64,000 bases of DNA from Terriglobia bacterium. GTDB lineage: Bacteria > Acidobacteriota > Polarisedimenticolia > Polarisedimenticolales > JAIQFR01. How positions within the stretch are numbered: position 1 is the first letter of the stretch; each line of letters starts with the position of its first letter. The translations under genes were made by a program, and so were the position numbers. The notes below the pieces were generated by a model that worked only from the letters and a program-made list of their open reading frames with translations, ran no database searches and was not told where the DNA came from. The stretch covers positions 463,427-527,426 of the forward strand of contig CAVVHE010000004.1 of the NCBI GenBank assembly GCA_963748015.1. Direction: 5' to 3'. Shown here piece after piece: positions 52,786-64,000 of the stretch.

Positions 52786-53232
52786 ATGAAGCAGAACGAG
52801 CTCAAGCCGGCGGCGGGATCGAGGAAGAGCCGGAAGCGAGTCGGCCGGGGCCCGGGGTCGGGACTCGGCAAGACATCGGGCCGCGGCGAGAAGGGCCAGA
52901 AGTCGCGCAGCGGCTACTCCGCGAAGCGGGGATTCGAGGGCGGGCAGATGCCTCTGCACCGGCGGATTCCGAAGCGGGGCTTCCACAACATCTTCCGCAA
53001 GGAATACCTGACGGTCAACGTCGAGAGGTTGAACGAGTTCGAGGCCGGCACCGTGGTCACCCCCGAGTCGCTGCGCGAGAAGGGGATGCTCCATAAGGGA
53101 CGTCTCGACGTCAAGGTGCTGGGGAATGGCGATCTCAAGGTCGCGCTGACCGTGCGCGCGCACAAGTTCACCGAGGCCGCGGCCCGCAAGATCCAGGAAG
53201 CCGGCGGCAAGGCCGAAGTCCTGGCGCGGTAG
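52786..53232 (+). CDS. rplO: 50S ribosomal protein L15
   Basis: [24 protein letters not shown]. Confidence 0.95.
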   Translation: MKQNELKPAAGSRKSRKRVGRGPGSGLGKTSGRGEKGQKSRSGYSAKRGFEGGQMPLHRRIPKRGFHNIFRKEYLTVNVERLNEFEAGTVVTPESLREKGMLHKGRLDVKVLGNGDLKVALTVRAHKFTEAAARKIQEAGGKAEVLAR

Positions 53233-53260
53233 CCGCCGCCCGACGGGGGAACGACCCGAG

Positions 53261-54649
53261 ATGATACAGAGCTTCAAGAACATCTGGAGCATTCCCGATC
53301 TGAGGAAGCGCGTCCTCTACACGTTCGGGCTGCTCGCCGTCTACCGGATCGGCGGCCACATCCCGACGCCGGGGATCGACAACCAGGCGCTGATCCGTCT
53401 GTTCGAGCGCCAGGCCGGCTCGATCCTGGGCTACGTGGACCTGTTCGCGGGAGGGAACTTCCGCCGGTTCACGATCTTCGCGCTCGGGATCATGCCGTAC
53501 ATCACCGCGTCCATCATCCTGCAGCTGCTGACGGTGGTCTGGCCCTACCTCGAGAAGCTCAGCAAGGAAGGGGAGGCGGGGCGGAAGAAGATCACGCAGT
53601 GGACCCGCTACGGGACCGTCCTCCTCTCCGTGATCCAGTCCTTCGGAATCGCCCTCTGGCTCGAGTCGGCCGGCACCGGCGGCGAGCGGATCGTGACCAG
53701 CCCCGGATTCGGCTTCCGGCTGATGACGGTCCTCACGCTGACCACGGGGACCGCGCTCATCATGTGGCTGGGCGAGCAGATCTCCGAGCGCGGCATCGGG
53801 AACGGGATTTCCCTGATCATCTTCGCCGGTATCGTGGTCGGCTTCCCGAACGCGTTGGTGAGGACCTGGGAGGACCTGCGGACCGGGCAGATCGGCCCGC
53901 TGGCCATCCTGCTGCTCGTCGCGCTGATGTGCGTCGTCGTCGCGGCCATCGTGCTCGTGGAGCGCGCCCAGCGGAAGATCCCCATCCAGTACGCACGCAG
54001 GATCGTGGGGCGCCGGGTGTACGGCGGCTCCTCGACGTACCTCCCGCTCCGCGTGAACACCGGAGGCGTGATCCCGGTGATCTTCGCCTCCTCGATGCTC
54101 GCGATTCCCCAGACGATCATGCAGATCCAGTGGCTGCGGGACGTGCGGTGGGTGCAGGACCTGCAACGGCAGCTCGAGTACTCGGCGCCGCTCTACAATC
54201 TCCTGTACTTCGCGATGATCATCTTCTTCTGCTTCTTTTACGTGTCCATCATCTTCAATCCGATGGATCAGGCCGACAACATGAAGAAGTACGGCGGCTT
54301 CATCCCCGGGATCCGTCCGGGGCGCAAGACAGCCGAATACATCGACCGCATCCTGACGCGGCTGACGTTCGGGGGCGCGGTCTACCTGGGCCTCGTGAGC
54401 ATCCTCCCGGTATTCCTGATCAGCGGCCTGAGGCTGCAGGTCCTGCCCGGGATCGGACCGGCGATGGAGCCCTACCTGCCCAAGCTGATCACCCAGGGAC
54501 TCAACGTGAAGTTCTTCTTCGGTGGGACGTCCCTGCTGATCGTTGTCGGGGTGGCCATGGACACCGTGCAGCAGATCGAGTCGCAGCTCATCATGCGCCA
54601 CTACGAGGGGTTCATGAAGGGCGCCCGCATCCGCGGGCGGCGCGGCTAG
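53261..54649 (+). CDS. secY: Preprotein translocase subunit SecY
   Basis: 462 aa, 10 TM segments. ...FALGIMPYITASIILQLL... Confidence 0.96.
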   Translation: MIQSFKNIWSIPDLRKRVLYTFGLLAVYRIGGHIPTPGIDNQALIRLFERQAGSILGYVDLFAGGNFRRFTIFALGIMPYITASIILQLLTVVWPYLEKLSKEGEAGRKKITQWTRYGTVLLSVIQSFGIALWLESAGTGGERIVTSPGFGFRLMTVLTLTTGTALIMWLGEQISERGIGNGISLIIFAGIVVGFPNALVRTWEDLRTGQIGPLAILLLVALMCVVVAAIVLVERAQRKIPIQYARRIVGRRVYGGSSTYLPLRVNTGGVIPVIFASSMLAIPQTIMQIQWLRDVRWVQDLQRQLEYSAPLYNLLYFAMIIFFCFFYVSIIFNPMDQADNMKKYGGFIPGIRPGRKTAEYIDRILTRLTFGGAVYLGLVSILPVFLISGLRLQVLPGIGPAMEPYLPKLITQGLNVKFFFGGTSLLIVVGVAMDTVQQIESQLIMRHYEGFMKGARIRGRRG

Positions 54650-54661
54650 GGAGCGGGAACG

Positions 54662-55309
54662 ATGAGAGTGGTCGTGTTGGGACCGCCCGGGGTCGGCAAG
54701 GGGACCCAGGCGACGAGGCTCCGGCAGGAGCTCGGGGTCCCGCACGTGTCCACGGGCGACATCCTCCGCGAGGCGGTGCAGAAGGGGACGCCGCTGGGCA
54801 AGCGGGCCCGCTCGTTCATGGACTCGGGAAAGCTCGTGCCCGACGATCTCATGGGCGAGCTGATCGCCGAGAGGCTGGCCCAGCCCGACGCGGCGTCCGG
54901 CTTCGTTCTCGACGGCTTCCCGCGGACTGCCGAGCAGGTGGGGATCCTCGACGCCGTGCTGGAGAAGATCTCGGCCGGGATCGACCGTGTCCTGGCCCTC
55001 GAAGCGCCCTCGGCGGAGATCGTCCGGAGGCTCTCGGGCCGGAGGATCTGCCCGAAGTGCGGTAGCGTCTACCACATCGACAGCCGGCCCCCGGCCTCTC
55101 CCGGGGTCTGCGACGGGTGCGGGTCCGCGCTGGTGCAGCGGCCCGACGACGAGGAAGAAGTGATTCGAGAGCGTCTCAAGGTCTTCGAGGCCCAGACGCT
55201 ACCGATGATGAAGATCTACCGCGAGCGCGGCCTGCTCAAGGAAGTGAACGCGTCGGGGGACGCCGAGTCGGTGTTCGCCGCGCTGAGATCGGAGCTCGCC
55301 GCGTCGTGA
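54662..55309 (+). CDS. adk: Adenylate kinase (zinc-lid type)
   Basis: GPPGVGKGTQA. Lid cysteines CPKCG...CDGCG. Confidence 0.95.
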   Translation: MRVVVLGPPGVGKGTQATRLRQELGVPHVSTGDILREAVQKGTPLGKRARSFMDSGKLVPDDLMGELIAERLAQPDAASGFVLDGFPRTAEQVGILDAVLEKISAGIDRVLALEAPSAEIVRRLSGRRICPKCGSVYHIDSRPPASPGVCDGCGSALVQRPDDEEEVIRERLKVFEAQTLPMMKIYRERGLLKEVNASGDAESVFAALRSELAAS

Positions 55310-56091
55310 ATCGCACGATTTTGAAGTCGACGGCCGAGATCGGGATCATGGACCAGGCGAACCGGATCATCCGGGAGATCCTGGTGGAATTGAGAAATCG
55401 GATCCGTCCGGGGGTAACGACGCTGGATATCGACCGGTTCGCGGAGGAGAGGATAGCGGCGGCATCCGGGATACCGGCGTTCAAGGGTTACCGCGGGCCG
55501 GCCGGCGGGCCGGAGTTTCCGGGGACGGTTTGCGCTTCGGTCAACGACGAGGTGGTTCACGGAATCCCCTCGCCGGCGGTGGTGCTGAAGGAAGGGGATA
55601 TCGTCTCGGTGGACCTCGGGGTGCTGTTCGGCGGATACTACGGGGACGCGGCGGAGACCTACCCGGTGGGCGGGGTTTCCGACGAGGCCCGGAAGCTGCT
55701 CGACGTGACGCGCGAGTCGCTCCGCTTGGGCCTCAAGGAAGCCCGGCCCGGAAACCGGGTGTCGGACATAGGGTACGCGGTGCAGACCCACGTGGAGGCC
55801 CATGGCTTCTCCGTGGTGAAGGAGTTCGTGGGGCACGGGATCGGCTCGAATCTGCACGAGGAGCCGCAGGTGCCCAACTTCGGACAGCCGGGGCGCGGCG
55901 CGCGCCTGCTGCCGGGGATGGTGCTCGCAGTCGAGCCCATGGTGAACGCGGGCGCGCCGGAAGTCGTGGTGAGCGCTTCGGACGGCTGGACCGCCAGGAC
56001 CCGTGACGGGAGCCTGTCGGCCCATTTCGAGCTGTCCGTTGCCGTGACGGAGAACGGGCCGATGGTGCTCGGGGAGCCGATCGGCTCGTAA
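55306..56091 (+). CDS. map: Type I methionine aminopeptidase
   Basis: GTG 55306 overlaps the adk stop (GTGA). NDEVVHGIP...DLGV...GHGIG...EPMVN. Confidence 0.93.
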   Translation: MNRTILKSTAEIGIMDQANRIIREILVELRNRIRPGVTTLDIDRFAEERIAAASGIPAFKGYRGPAGGPEFPGTVCASVNDEVVHGIPSPAVVLKEGDIVSVDLGVLFGGYYGDAAETYPVGGVSDEARKLLDVTRESLRLGLKEARPGNRVSDIGYAVQTHVEAHGFSVVKEFVGHGIGSNLHEEPQVPNFGQPGRGARLLPGMVLAVEPMVNAGAPEVVVSASDGWTARTRDGSLSAHFELSVAVTENGPMVLGEPIGS

Positions 56092-56181
56092 GGACGGAGA
56101 GTTCGAAAGAGATCGGAGGCGGGAGCTGCTGCCGGGCGGCAGCGGACGGAGCCCGTCCTCGGAGAGGTGGAACCGGTCCCT

Positions 56182-56400
56182 ATGCCCAAGGAAGAGGCGA
56201 TCCAGGTCGAAGCCACGGTGATCGAGCCGCTGCCCAACGCGATGTTCCGGGTGGAGCTCGAGAACAAGCACCGGGTGCTGGCGCATATCTCGGGGAAGAT
56301 GCGAAAGCACTTCATCCGGATCCTGCCCGGCGACCGCGTGCTGGTGGAGCTCTCGCCCTACGATCTGACGCGCGGGCGCATCGTGTACCGGTACAAGTGA
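56182..56400 (+). CDS. infA: Translation initiation factor IF-1
   Basis: Internal ATG 56182 gives the canonical 72 aa: [28 protein letters not shown]... Confidence 0.95.
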   Translation: MPKEEAIQVEATVIEPLPNAMFRVELENKHRVLAHISGKMRKHFIRILPGDRVLVELSPYDLTRGRIVYRYK

Positions 56401-56428
56401 CCGCGGGCGCCCGCGGACGGAGTGGGTC

Positions 56429-56542
56429 ATGAAGGTAAGGGCATCGGTGAAGAAGATTTGCGAGAAGTGCAAGATCGTGAAGAGAAAGGGTGTCGTCCGG
56501 GTGATCTGCGAGAACCCGAAGCACAAGCAGCGCCAGGGTTGA
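56429..56542 (+). CDS. rpmJ: 50S ribosomal protein L36
   Basis: A 37-aa ORF that is not in the supplied track: [37 protein letters not shown]. Confidence 0.93.
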   Translation: MKVRASVKKICEKCKIVKRKGVVRVICENPKHKQRQG

Positions 56543-56572
56543 CCCGGGCGGACGCTTAAGGAGGCTTGAGCC

Positions 56573-56959
56573 GTGGCACGCATCGCGGGCGTTGACCTCC
56601 CCCCGAGCAAGCGGGTGGAGATCGGTCTGACCTACATTTTCGGGATCGGGCGGTCCCGCTCCCTGTCGATCCTCGAGAAGGCCCAGGTGGACCCGTCGAC
56701 GAAGGTCAAGGACCTGTCCGAGGACGAGGTCGTCCGGATCCAGCGGGTGATCAACCAGGAGGGGCGCGTCGAGGGCGACCTCCGGAAGAGCGTCTCGCTG
56801 GACATCAAGAGGCTCATCGAGATCGGGTCGTATCGCGGCATGCGCCACCGCCGCAACCTCCCGTGCCGGGGGCAGAGAACGCATACCAACGCGCGGACCC
56901 GTCGCGGACCGCGCCGGGCCATCGCGGGCAAGAAGCGCACGGCGGGCAAGAAGGGTTGA
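56573..56959 (+). CDS. rpsM: 30S ribosomal protein S13
   Basis: GTG start. [25 protein letters not shown]. Confidence 0.96.
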   Translation: MARIAGVDLPPSKRVEIGLTYIFGIGRSRSLSILEKAQVDPSTKVKDLSEDEVVRIQRVINQEGRVEGDLRKSVSLDIKRLIEIGSYRGMRHRRNLPCRGQRTHTNARTRRGPRRAIAGKKRTAGKKG

Positions 56960-57039
56960 CCGGCAGCATCGACGGCGCGCCGCGGCAAGCCGCGGGACAC
57001 GGGTCCCCGGCCCGCGAGGCGCGGTCCTGAGGAAAGAGC

Positions 57040-57441
57040 ATGGCGAAAGCAGCGAAGGCCGCCGGAAAGAAGGGCGGCAAGAAGGAAAAGAAGAACGTTC
57101 CCCACGCGGTGGTGCACGTCCACGCGTCGTTCAACAACACGATCGTGACCGTGACCGATCCGAAGGGAAACGTCCTGAGCTGGTCCTCGGCGGGAGTCCA
57201 GGCGTTCAAGGGCTCGCGCAAGGGGACCCCCTTCGCCGCCCAGACCGCGGCCCAGGCCGCCGGGAACATGGCGAAGGAGCACGGGGTCCGGACGGTGGAC
57301 GTCCGGGTCAAGGGGCCGGGCGCCGGGCGTGAGTCGTCCATACGGGCGCTGCAGGCCGCGGGCATCGAGATCAAGTCCATCAAGGACGTGACGCCGATCC
57401 CGCACAACGGATGCCGGGCGCCCAAGCGGCGGCGCGTCTAG
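57040..57441 (+). CDS. rpsK: 30S ribosomal protein S11
   Basis: [27 protein letters not shown]. Confidence 0.96.
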   Translation: MAKAAKAAGKKGGKKEKKNVPHAVVHVHASFNNTIVTVTDPKGNVLSWSSAGVQAFKGSRKGTPFAAQTAAQAAGNMAKEHGVRTVDVRVKGPGAGRESSIRALQAAGIEIKSIKDVTPIPHNGCRAPKRRRV

Positions 57442-57461
57442 CCGGTCGAGGAGGTTTGCAA

Positions 57462-58088
57462 GTGGCGAGGATCACCGGTGCGGTCTGCAGGCTCTGTCGG
57501 CGGGAAGGGATGAAGCTCTTCCTGAAGGGCGACCGCTGCTTCAAGGAGAAGTGCGCCTTCGAGAGGCGCGGCTACGCTCCCGGCCAGCACGGGCGTCGGC
57601 GCTCGAAGGTGCAGGGGTACGGCATCCAGCTCCGCGAGAAGCAGAAGGTCAAGAGGATGTACGGGGTGCTCGAGCGGCAGTTCCGGAACTACTTCGCGAA
57701 AGCTTCGCGGAGGAAGGGAATCACCGGCGCCAACCTGCTCCAGATGCTCGAGCTTCGGCTCGACAACGTCGTTTACCGCCTGGGGTTCGCGTCGTCGAGA
57801 TCCATGGCCCGCCAGCTCGTGGCGCACGGTCACATCCTCGTCGACGGCGGGAAGGTGGACATTCCCGCGTGCCTCGTGGGCGCCGGCTCGGTCGTCTCGC
57901 TGAAGGAAGCGAGCCGGAAGAACGAGGCCGTCAAGATCTGTCTGGACACGGCGAAGGGGCGCGGCGTCCCGTCGTGGCTCGAGCTCGACGCGGACCGCTT
58001 CCAGGGAACCGTGAAGCAGTCGCCGTCCAGGGAAGAGATCACGCTGCCGATCCAGGAGCAGCTCATCGTCGAGCTGTACTCGAAGTAG
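57462..58088 (+). CDS. rpsD: 30S ribosomal protein S4
   Basis: Internal GTG 57462 of ORF 57411-58088. [25 protein letters not shown]. Confidence 0.95.
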   Translation: MARITGAVCRLCRREGMKLFLKGDRCFKEKCAFERRGYAPGQHGRRRSKVQGYGIQLREKQKVKRMYGVLERQFRNYFAKASRRKGITGANLLQMLELRLDNVVYRLGFASSRSMARQLVAHGHILVDGGKVDIPACLVGAGSVVSLKEASRKNEAVKICLDTAKGRGVPSWLELDADRFQGTVKQSPSREEITLPIQEQLIVELYSK

Positions 58089-58130
58089 TCGACGGGGGCG
58101 GGCGGGCGACCGTCCCGCGGGAGGATGCGG

Positions 58131-59114
58131 ATGCTCTGGAAGGGGTTTCAGAAGCCGAAGCGGCTCGAGGTCGAGCGGCAGACGCTCACGGCGACGTTCG
58201 GCCGGTTCTCCGCGCAGCCTTTCGAGCGCGGATTCGGGACGACCATCGGAAACGCGATGCGGCGGATCCTGCTGTCGTCCATCGAGGGAGCCGGCATCAC
58301 GGCGGTCAAGATCGAGGGGGTCCTGCACGAGTTCTCGTCCATTCCCGGAGTGGTCGAGGACACGACCGACCTGATCCTCAACCTCAAGCAGATCCCGTTC
58401 CGGATCCACACGGACCACGCCGAGATCCTCACCCTCGCGGCCGAGGGGCCGAAGGTCGTGAAGTCGGGGGACATAGCGGCCGGCTCGAACGTCGAGATCC
58501 TCGATCCCGACATCCCGATCGCCACGCTCTCCGAGGAGGGGCGGATCTCCATCGAGATGCGCCTGAAGCGCGGGCGCGGCTACGTCGCGGCCGACCAGAA
58601 CTTCGACGACGACCTGGGGATCGGGTACATTCCGGTCGATTCGGCGCACTCCCCGGTCCGCAAGGTCAACTACATCGTCGAGGACGCCAGGCTCGGCCAG
58701 AAGACCGATTACGACAAGCTGACCCTCGAGGTGTGGACCAACGGCGCGGTGACCCCGCAAGACGCGGTGGCCCTCGCGGCGAAGCTCCTCAAGGACCACA
58801 TGGCGATCTTCATCAACTTCGAGGAGTCCACCGAGGAGGAGATGGATTTCCAGGTGGGGGACGAGGAGCGGATGCTCGAGACGCTCAACCGTTCCGTGGA
58901 CGAGCTGGAGTTGTCGGTCCGCTCGTACAACTGCCTGAAGAACGCCAACATCAAGACGATCGGCGACCTCGTCACGAAGAGCGAGGTCGAGATGCTCAAG
59001 ACGAAGAACTTCGGGCGGAAGTCGCTCAACGAGATCAAGGACATCCTGACCGAGATGAACCTCACCCTCGGCATGAACATCGACCTCAAGAAGCTCAGGG
59101 CCCGCTCCAGCTAG
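58131..59114 (+). CDS. rpoA: DNA-directed RNA polymerase alpha subunit
   Basis: ATG 58131 lies 6 nt after GGGAGG; the alternative is ATG 58125. The C-terminal domain has [23 protein letters not shown]. Confidence 0.96.
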   Translation: MLWKGFQKPKRLEVERQTLTATFGRFSAQPFERGFGTTIGNAMRRILLSSIEGAGITAVKIEGVLHEFSSIPGVVEDTTDLILNLKQIPFRIHTDHAEILTLAAEGPKVVKSGDIAAGSNVEILDPDIPIATLSEEGRISIEMRLKRGRGYVAADQNFDDDLGIGYIPVDSAHSPVRKVNYIVEDARLGQKTDYDKLTLEVWTNGAVTPQDAVALAAKLLKDHMAIFINFEESTEEEMDFQVGDEERMLETLNRSVDELELSVRSYNCLKNANIKTIGDLVTKSEVEMLKTKNFGRKSLNEIKDILTEMNLTLGMNIDLKKLRARSS

Positions 59115-59141
59115 CGGGGGGCGCCCTCCGGAGAACCGAAC

Positions 59142-59777
59142 ATGAAACACCGCGTAGCCGGCCGGAAGCTGGGGCGCAGGTCGTCCCACCGTCTGGCGTT
59201 GCTCCGCAACCTCGCGACGGCCCTGTTCGAGAGGGAGCGGATCAAGACCACGCTCATGAAGTGCAAGGAGCTGAGGCCCTTCGCCGAGAAGCTCGTGACG
59301 ACGGCCAAGAAGGAGACGCTCCACGCCCGGAGGCAGGTCCTGCGGCACATCCACGACCGGGACGTCGTGGCGAAGCTGTTCGAGACGCTCTCCGCCCGTT
59401 TCGCCCAGCGTCCCGGCGGGTACACGCGGATCATCAAGCTGGGGCCCCGCCGCGGGGACGCGGCCGAGATGGCGATCATCGAGCTGGTCGGCTCCGAAAC
59501 CCTGACCTCGAGGAAGAAGAAGGACGCCGCGAAGGCGAAGGGCGGCAAGCCGGCCCCGGGAGCCCAGGCGGCGGAGCCCGCGGAGGGCGCCGAGGCCGAG
59601 GGGAAGCCCGCCGAGAAGGGCGCGCGGAAGAAGGCTCCCGCGAAGAAGGCGAAGGAGGCCAAGCCGAAGGCCAAGAAGGCCTCCGAGAAGAAGGGCAAGG
59701 ACTCCGGGAAGTCGAAGGACAAGCCGAAGGCCGGGGCCAAGCCCTCGAAGAAGGGCGGGAAGGGCTCGTCGGAGTGA
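59142..59777 (+). CDS. rplQ: 50S ribosomal protein L17 with about 90 aa Lys/Ala/Pro-rich C-terminal tail
   Basis: [24 protein letters not shown]. The tail is ...[18 protein letters not shown]...[20 protein letters not shown]... Confidence 0.95.
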   Translation: MKHRVAGRKLGRRSSHRLALLRNLATALFERERIKTTLMKCKELRPFAEKLVTTAKKETLHARRQVLRHIHDRDVVAKLFETLSARFAQRPGGYTRIIKLGPRRGDAAEMAIIELVGSETLTSRKKKDAAKAKGGKPAPGAQAAEPAEGAEAEGKPAEKGARKKAPAKKAKEAKPKAKKASEKKGKDSGKSKDKPKAGAKPSKKGGKGSSE

Positions 59778-59816
59778 CGTCTCGTCCAGCGGACCGCTCA
59801 ACGAAGCGGAATCGAG

Positions 59817-59848
59817 AAGAGGGAGCCACGCGGCTCCCTCTTTTCTTT
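59817..59848 (+). terminator. Rho-independent terminator of the alpha operon
   Basis: AAGAGGGAGCC, loop ACGC, GGCTCCCTCTT, followed by a TTTTCTTT tract. Confidence 0.85.
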
Positions 59849-59874
59849 GCTAGAGTTCGCAGCGGGCACGCCGC

Positions 59875-60006
59875 GGCAGGGCATTACCTCGCCGGGCGCG
59901 CTCGCCGGTGCGCGATTTTTCGCGCCGGCTCGCTCCGGTGAATTCGCGCGCGCTCCGAGGAAGAGCGCGCGCGAATTCACAGGACCCGGCGAGGTAATGC
60001 CCTGCC
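59875..60006. repeat. 132-bp element bounded by perfect 22-bp inverted repeats, with nested internal palindromes
   Basis: GGCAGGGCATTACCTCGCCGGG (59875-59896) pairs with its exact reverse complement at 59985-60006. An inner 18-bp perfect hairpin runs GTGAATTCGCGCGCGCTC (59938-59955) to 59963-59980. A further imperfect hairpin lies at 59903-59929. Confidence 0.85.
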
Positions 60007-60045
60007 ACGGCGCGCCCTGAGGTCGTCGCGGCGCCGGGAGGATTT

Positions 60046-63276
<3,231 letters not shown>

Positions 63277-63298
63277 AGCCGCGCCTCTCCCGCCCCCG

Positions 63299-63784
63299 TC
63301 AGCGGGGGAGGGCCAGGATTCTCGACAGCAGATCGCGGGTCGCGTGGTCCTTGGGGTCGCCGACGATCGCCACGCGGATACCGAGCTCGCGCGCGATCTC
63401 GCGCTCCGGGACCGTCTCGCGGGTGTAATCGGTCCCCTTGCAGTGCACGTCGGGGCAGAGCGCGCGCATCACCCCCTCGACGCTCGGCTCGTCGAAGACC
63501 GTGACGAAGTCCACGCACCCGAACCCCGCGACCAGCTCGGCGCGCTCGAGCTCCGTCACGATCGGCCGCGCCGGTCCCTTGAGGCCGCGGGCCGACGCGT
63601 CCGAGTTGACGGCGACCACCAGGAGGTCCGCCTCGGCCCGGGCGCCCTCGAGATAACGAAGGTGTCCCACGTGGAGCAGGTCGAAGAGGCCGTTGGCGAG
63701 GGCGACCGTGCGCCCGGAGGCGCGCAGCGGCGCGAGCGACTCGATCAGGCGGGGCAGCGAAAGGACCTTCGACGCGGCGCTCAC
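63299..63784 (-). CDS. D-glycero-beta-D-manno-heptose 1-phosphate adenylyltransferase (stand-alone HldE domain II, cytidylyltransferase fold)
   Basis: [21 protein letters not shown]...VAVNSD. GTG start overlaps the upstream stop (GTGA). Confidence 0.85.
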   Translation of the reverse strand: MSAASKVLSLPRLIESLAPLRASGRTVALANGLFDLLHVGHLRYLEGARAEADLLVVAVNSDASARGLKGPARPIVTELERAELVAGFGCVDFVTVFDEPSVEGVMRALCPDVHCKGTDYTRETVPEREIARELGIRVAIVGDPKDHATRDLLSRILALPR

Positions 63785-64000
63785 GATCCGCAGGCCTCCC
63801 GGATCGCGCCGGCGAGCTCCTCGCGGCTCGCGGTCGCGGTCCCGTACTTCATCACGACGAGCCCCGCCGCCAGGTTCGCGAGAAAGGCCGCCTCGTGGAA
63901 GGACGCCCCCGCGAGCAGTGCCAAGGTGAACGTGGCGATCACGGTGTCGCCCGCTCCGGTGACGTCGGCGACCTCGCCGGAGCCGAAGGCGGGGAGGTGG
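63781..64000 (-). CDS. C-terminal part of a PfkB-family sugar kinase (probable D-beta-D-heptose 7-phosphate kinase; 5-prime end lies outside the window)
   Basis: The minus-strand translation ...[25 protein letters not shown]...[15 protein letters not shown]... ends at TGA 63783-63781. DxTGAGD is the PfkB signature. Confidence 0.7.
   Translation of the reverse strand, partial: HLPAFGSGEVADVTGAGDTVIATFTLALLAGASFHEAAFLANLAAGLVVMKYGTATASREELAGAIREACGS

Noticed and set aside
59500-59777. The Lys/Ala-rich region as a separate histone-like gene fused to rplQ by a sequencing error.
   Set aside because: The reading frame is continuous from the conserved L17 core. There is no internal start or RBS and no frame disturbance. 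A canonical terminator follows the stop.

Overview
Very GC-rich bacterial chromosomal segment; I did not compute GC and cannot assign a phylum from the sequence alone. It has three parts.

(1) 1-15.7 kb is an accessory-looking block. It holds a tightly packed glycan-assembly operon: a methyltransferase fragment, GT2, a WecA/MraY-like initiating transferase, an FAD oxidoreductase, an AsnB-type amidotransferase and GT4. That operon runs straight into an ABC ATPase/ABC-2 permease pair, a secreted TPR-like protein and the prepilin peptidase PilD. After a 290-nt gap come three minor-pseudopilin-like genes, a secreted coiled-coil protein and an orphan sigma-54 (NtrC-type) response regulator.

(2) 15.7-19.1 kb holds a cDPG-synthetase-like P-loop gene plus argF behind a strong promoter and a long leader. 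ubiE/menG is convergent on the minus strand, and a 34-bp perfect hairpin separates them.

(3) 19.2-59.8 kb is an almost uninterrupted plus-strand run of translation and transcription genes:
- rplM-rpsI and rpsB-tsf-pyrH-frr, then ispDF and rlmB
- tRNA Thr-Tyr-Gly-Thr followed by tuf, then rpmG-secE-nusG-rplKAJL-rpoBC
- rpsL-rpsG-fusA-tuf, then the complete S10, spc and alpha operons

After that come a nested inverted-repeat element, a stand-alone carB, and convergent heptose-activation genes (a split hldE).

Notable points:
- At least 19 indel-type reading-frame breaks plus one in-frame TAG, confined to a few patches: the 3-prime third of rpoC, rpsG, rpmC, rplE and the 5-prime half of carB. 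Neighbouring long genes are intact. This most likely reflects sequence or assembly error.
- A cysteine-rich double zinc-ribbon-like insertion near the N-terminus of a 1490-aa RpoB.
- Two tuf copies that differ at one nucleotide by eye.
- An orphan PilD/pseudopilin/sigma-54 module with no major pilin, ATPase or secretin in the window.

I recognised no rRNA, CRISPR array, transposase or integrase.
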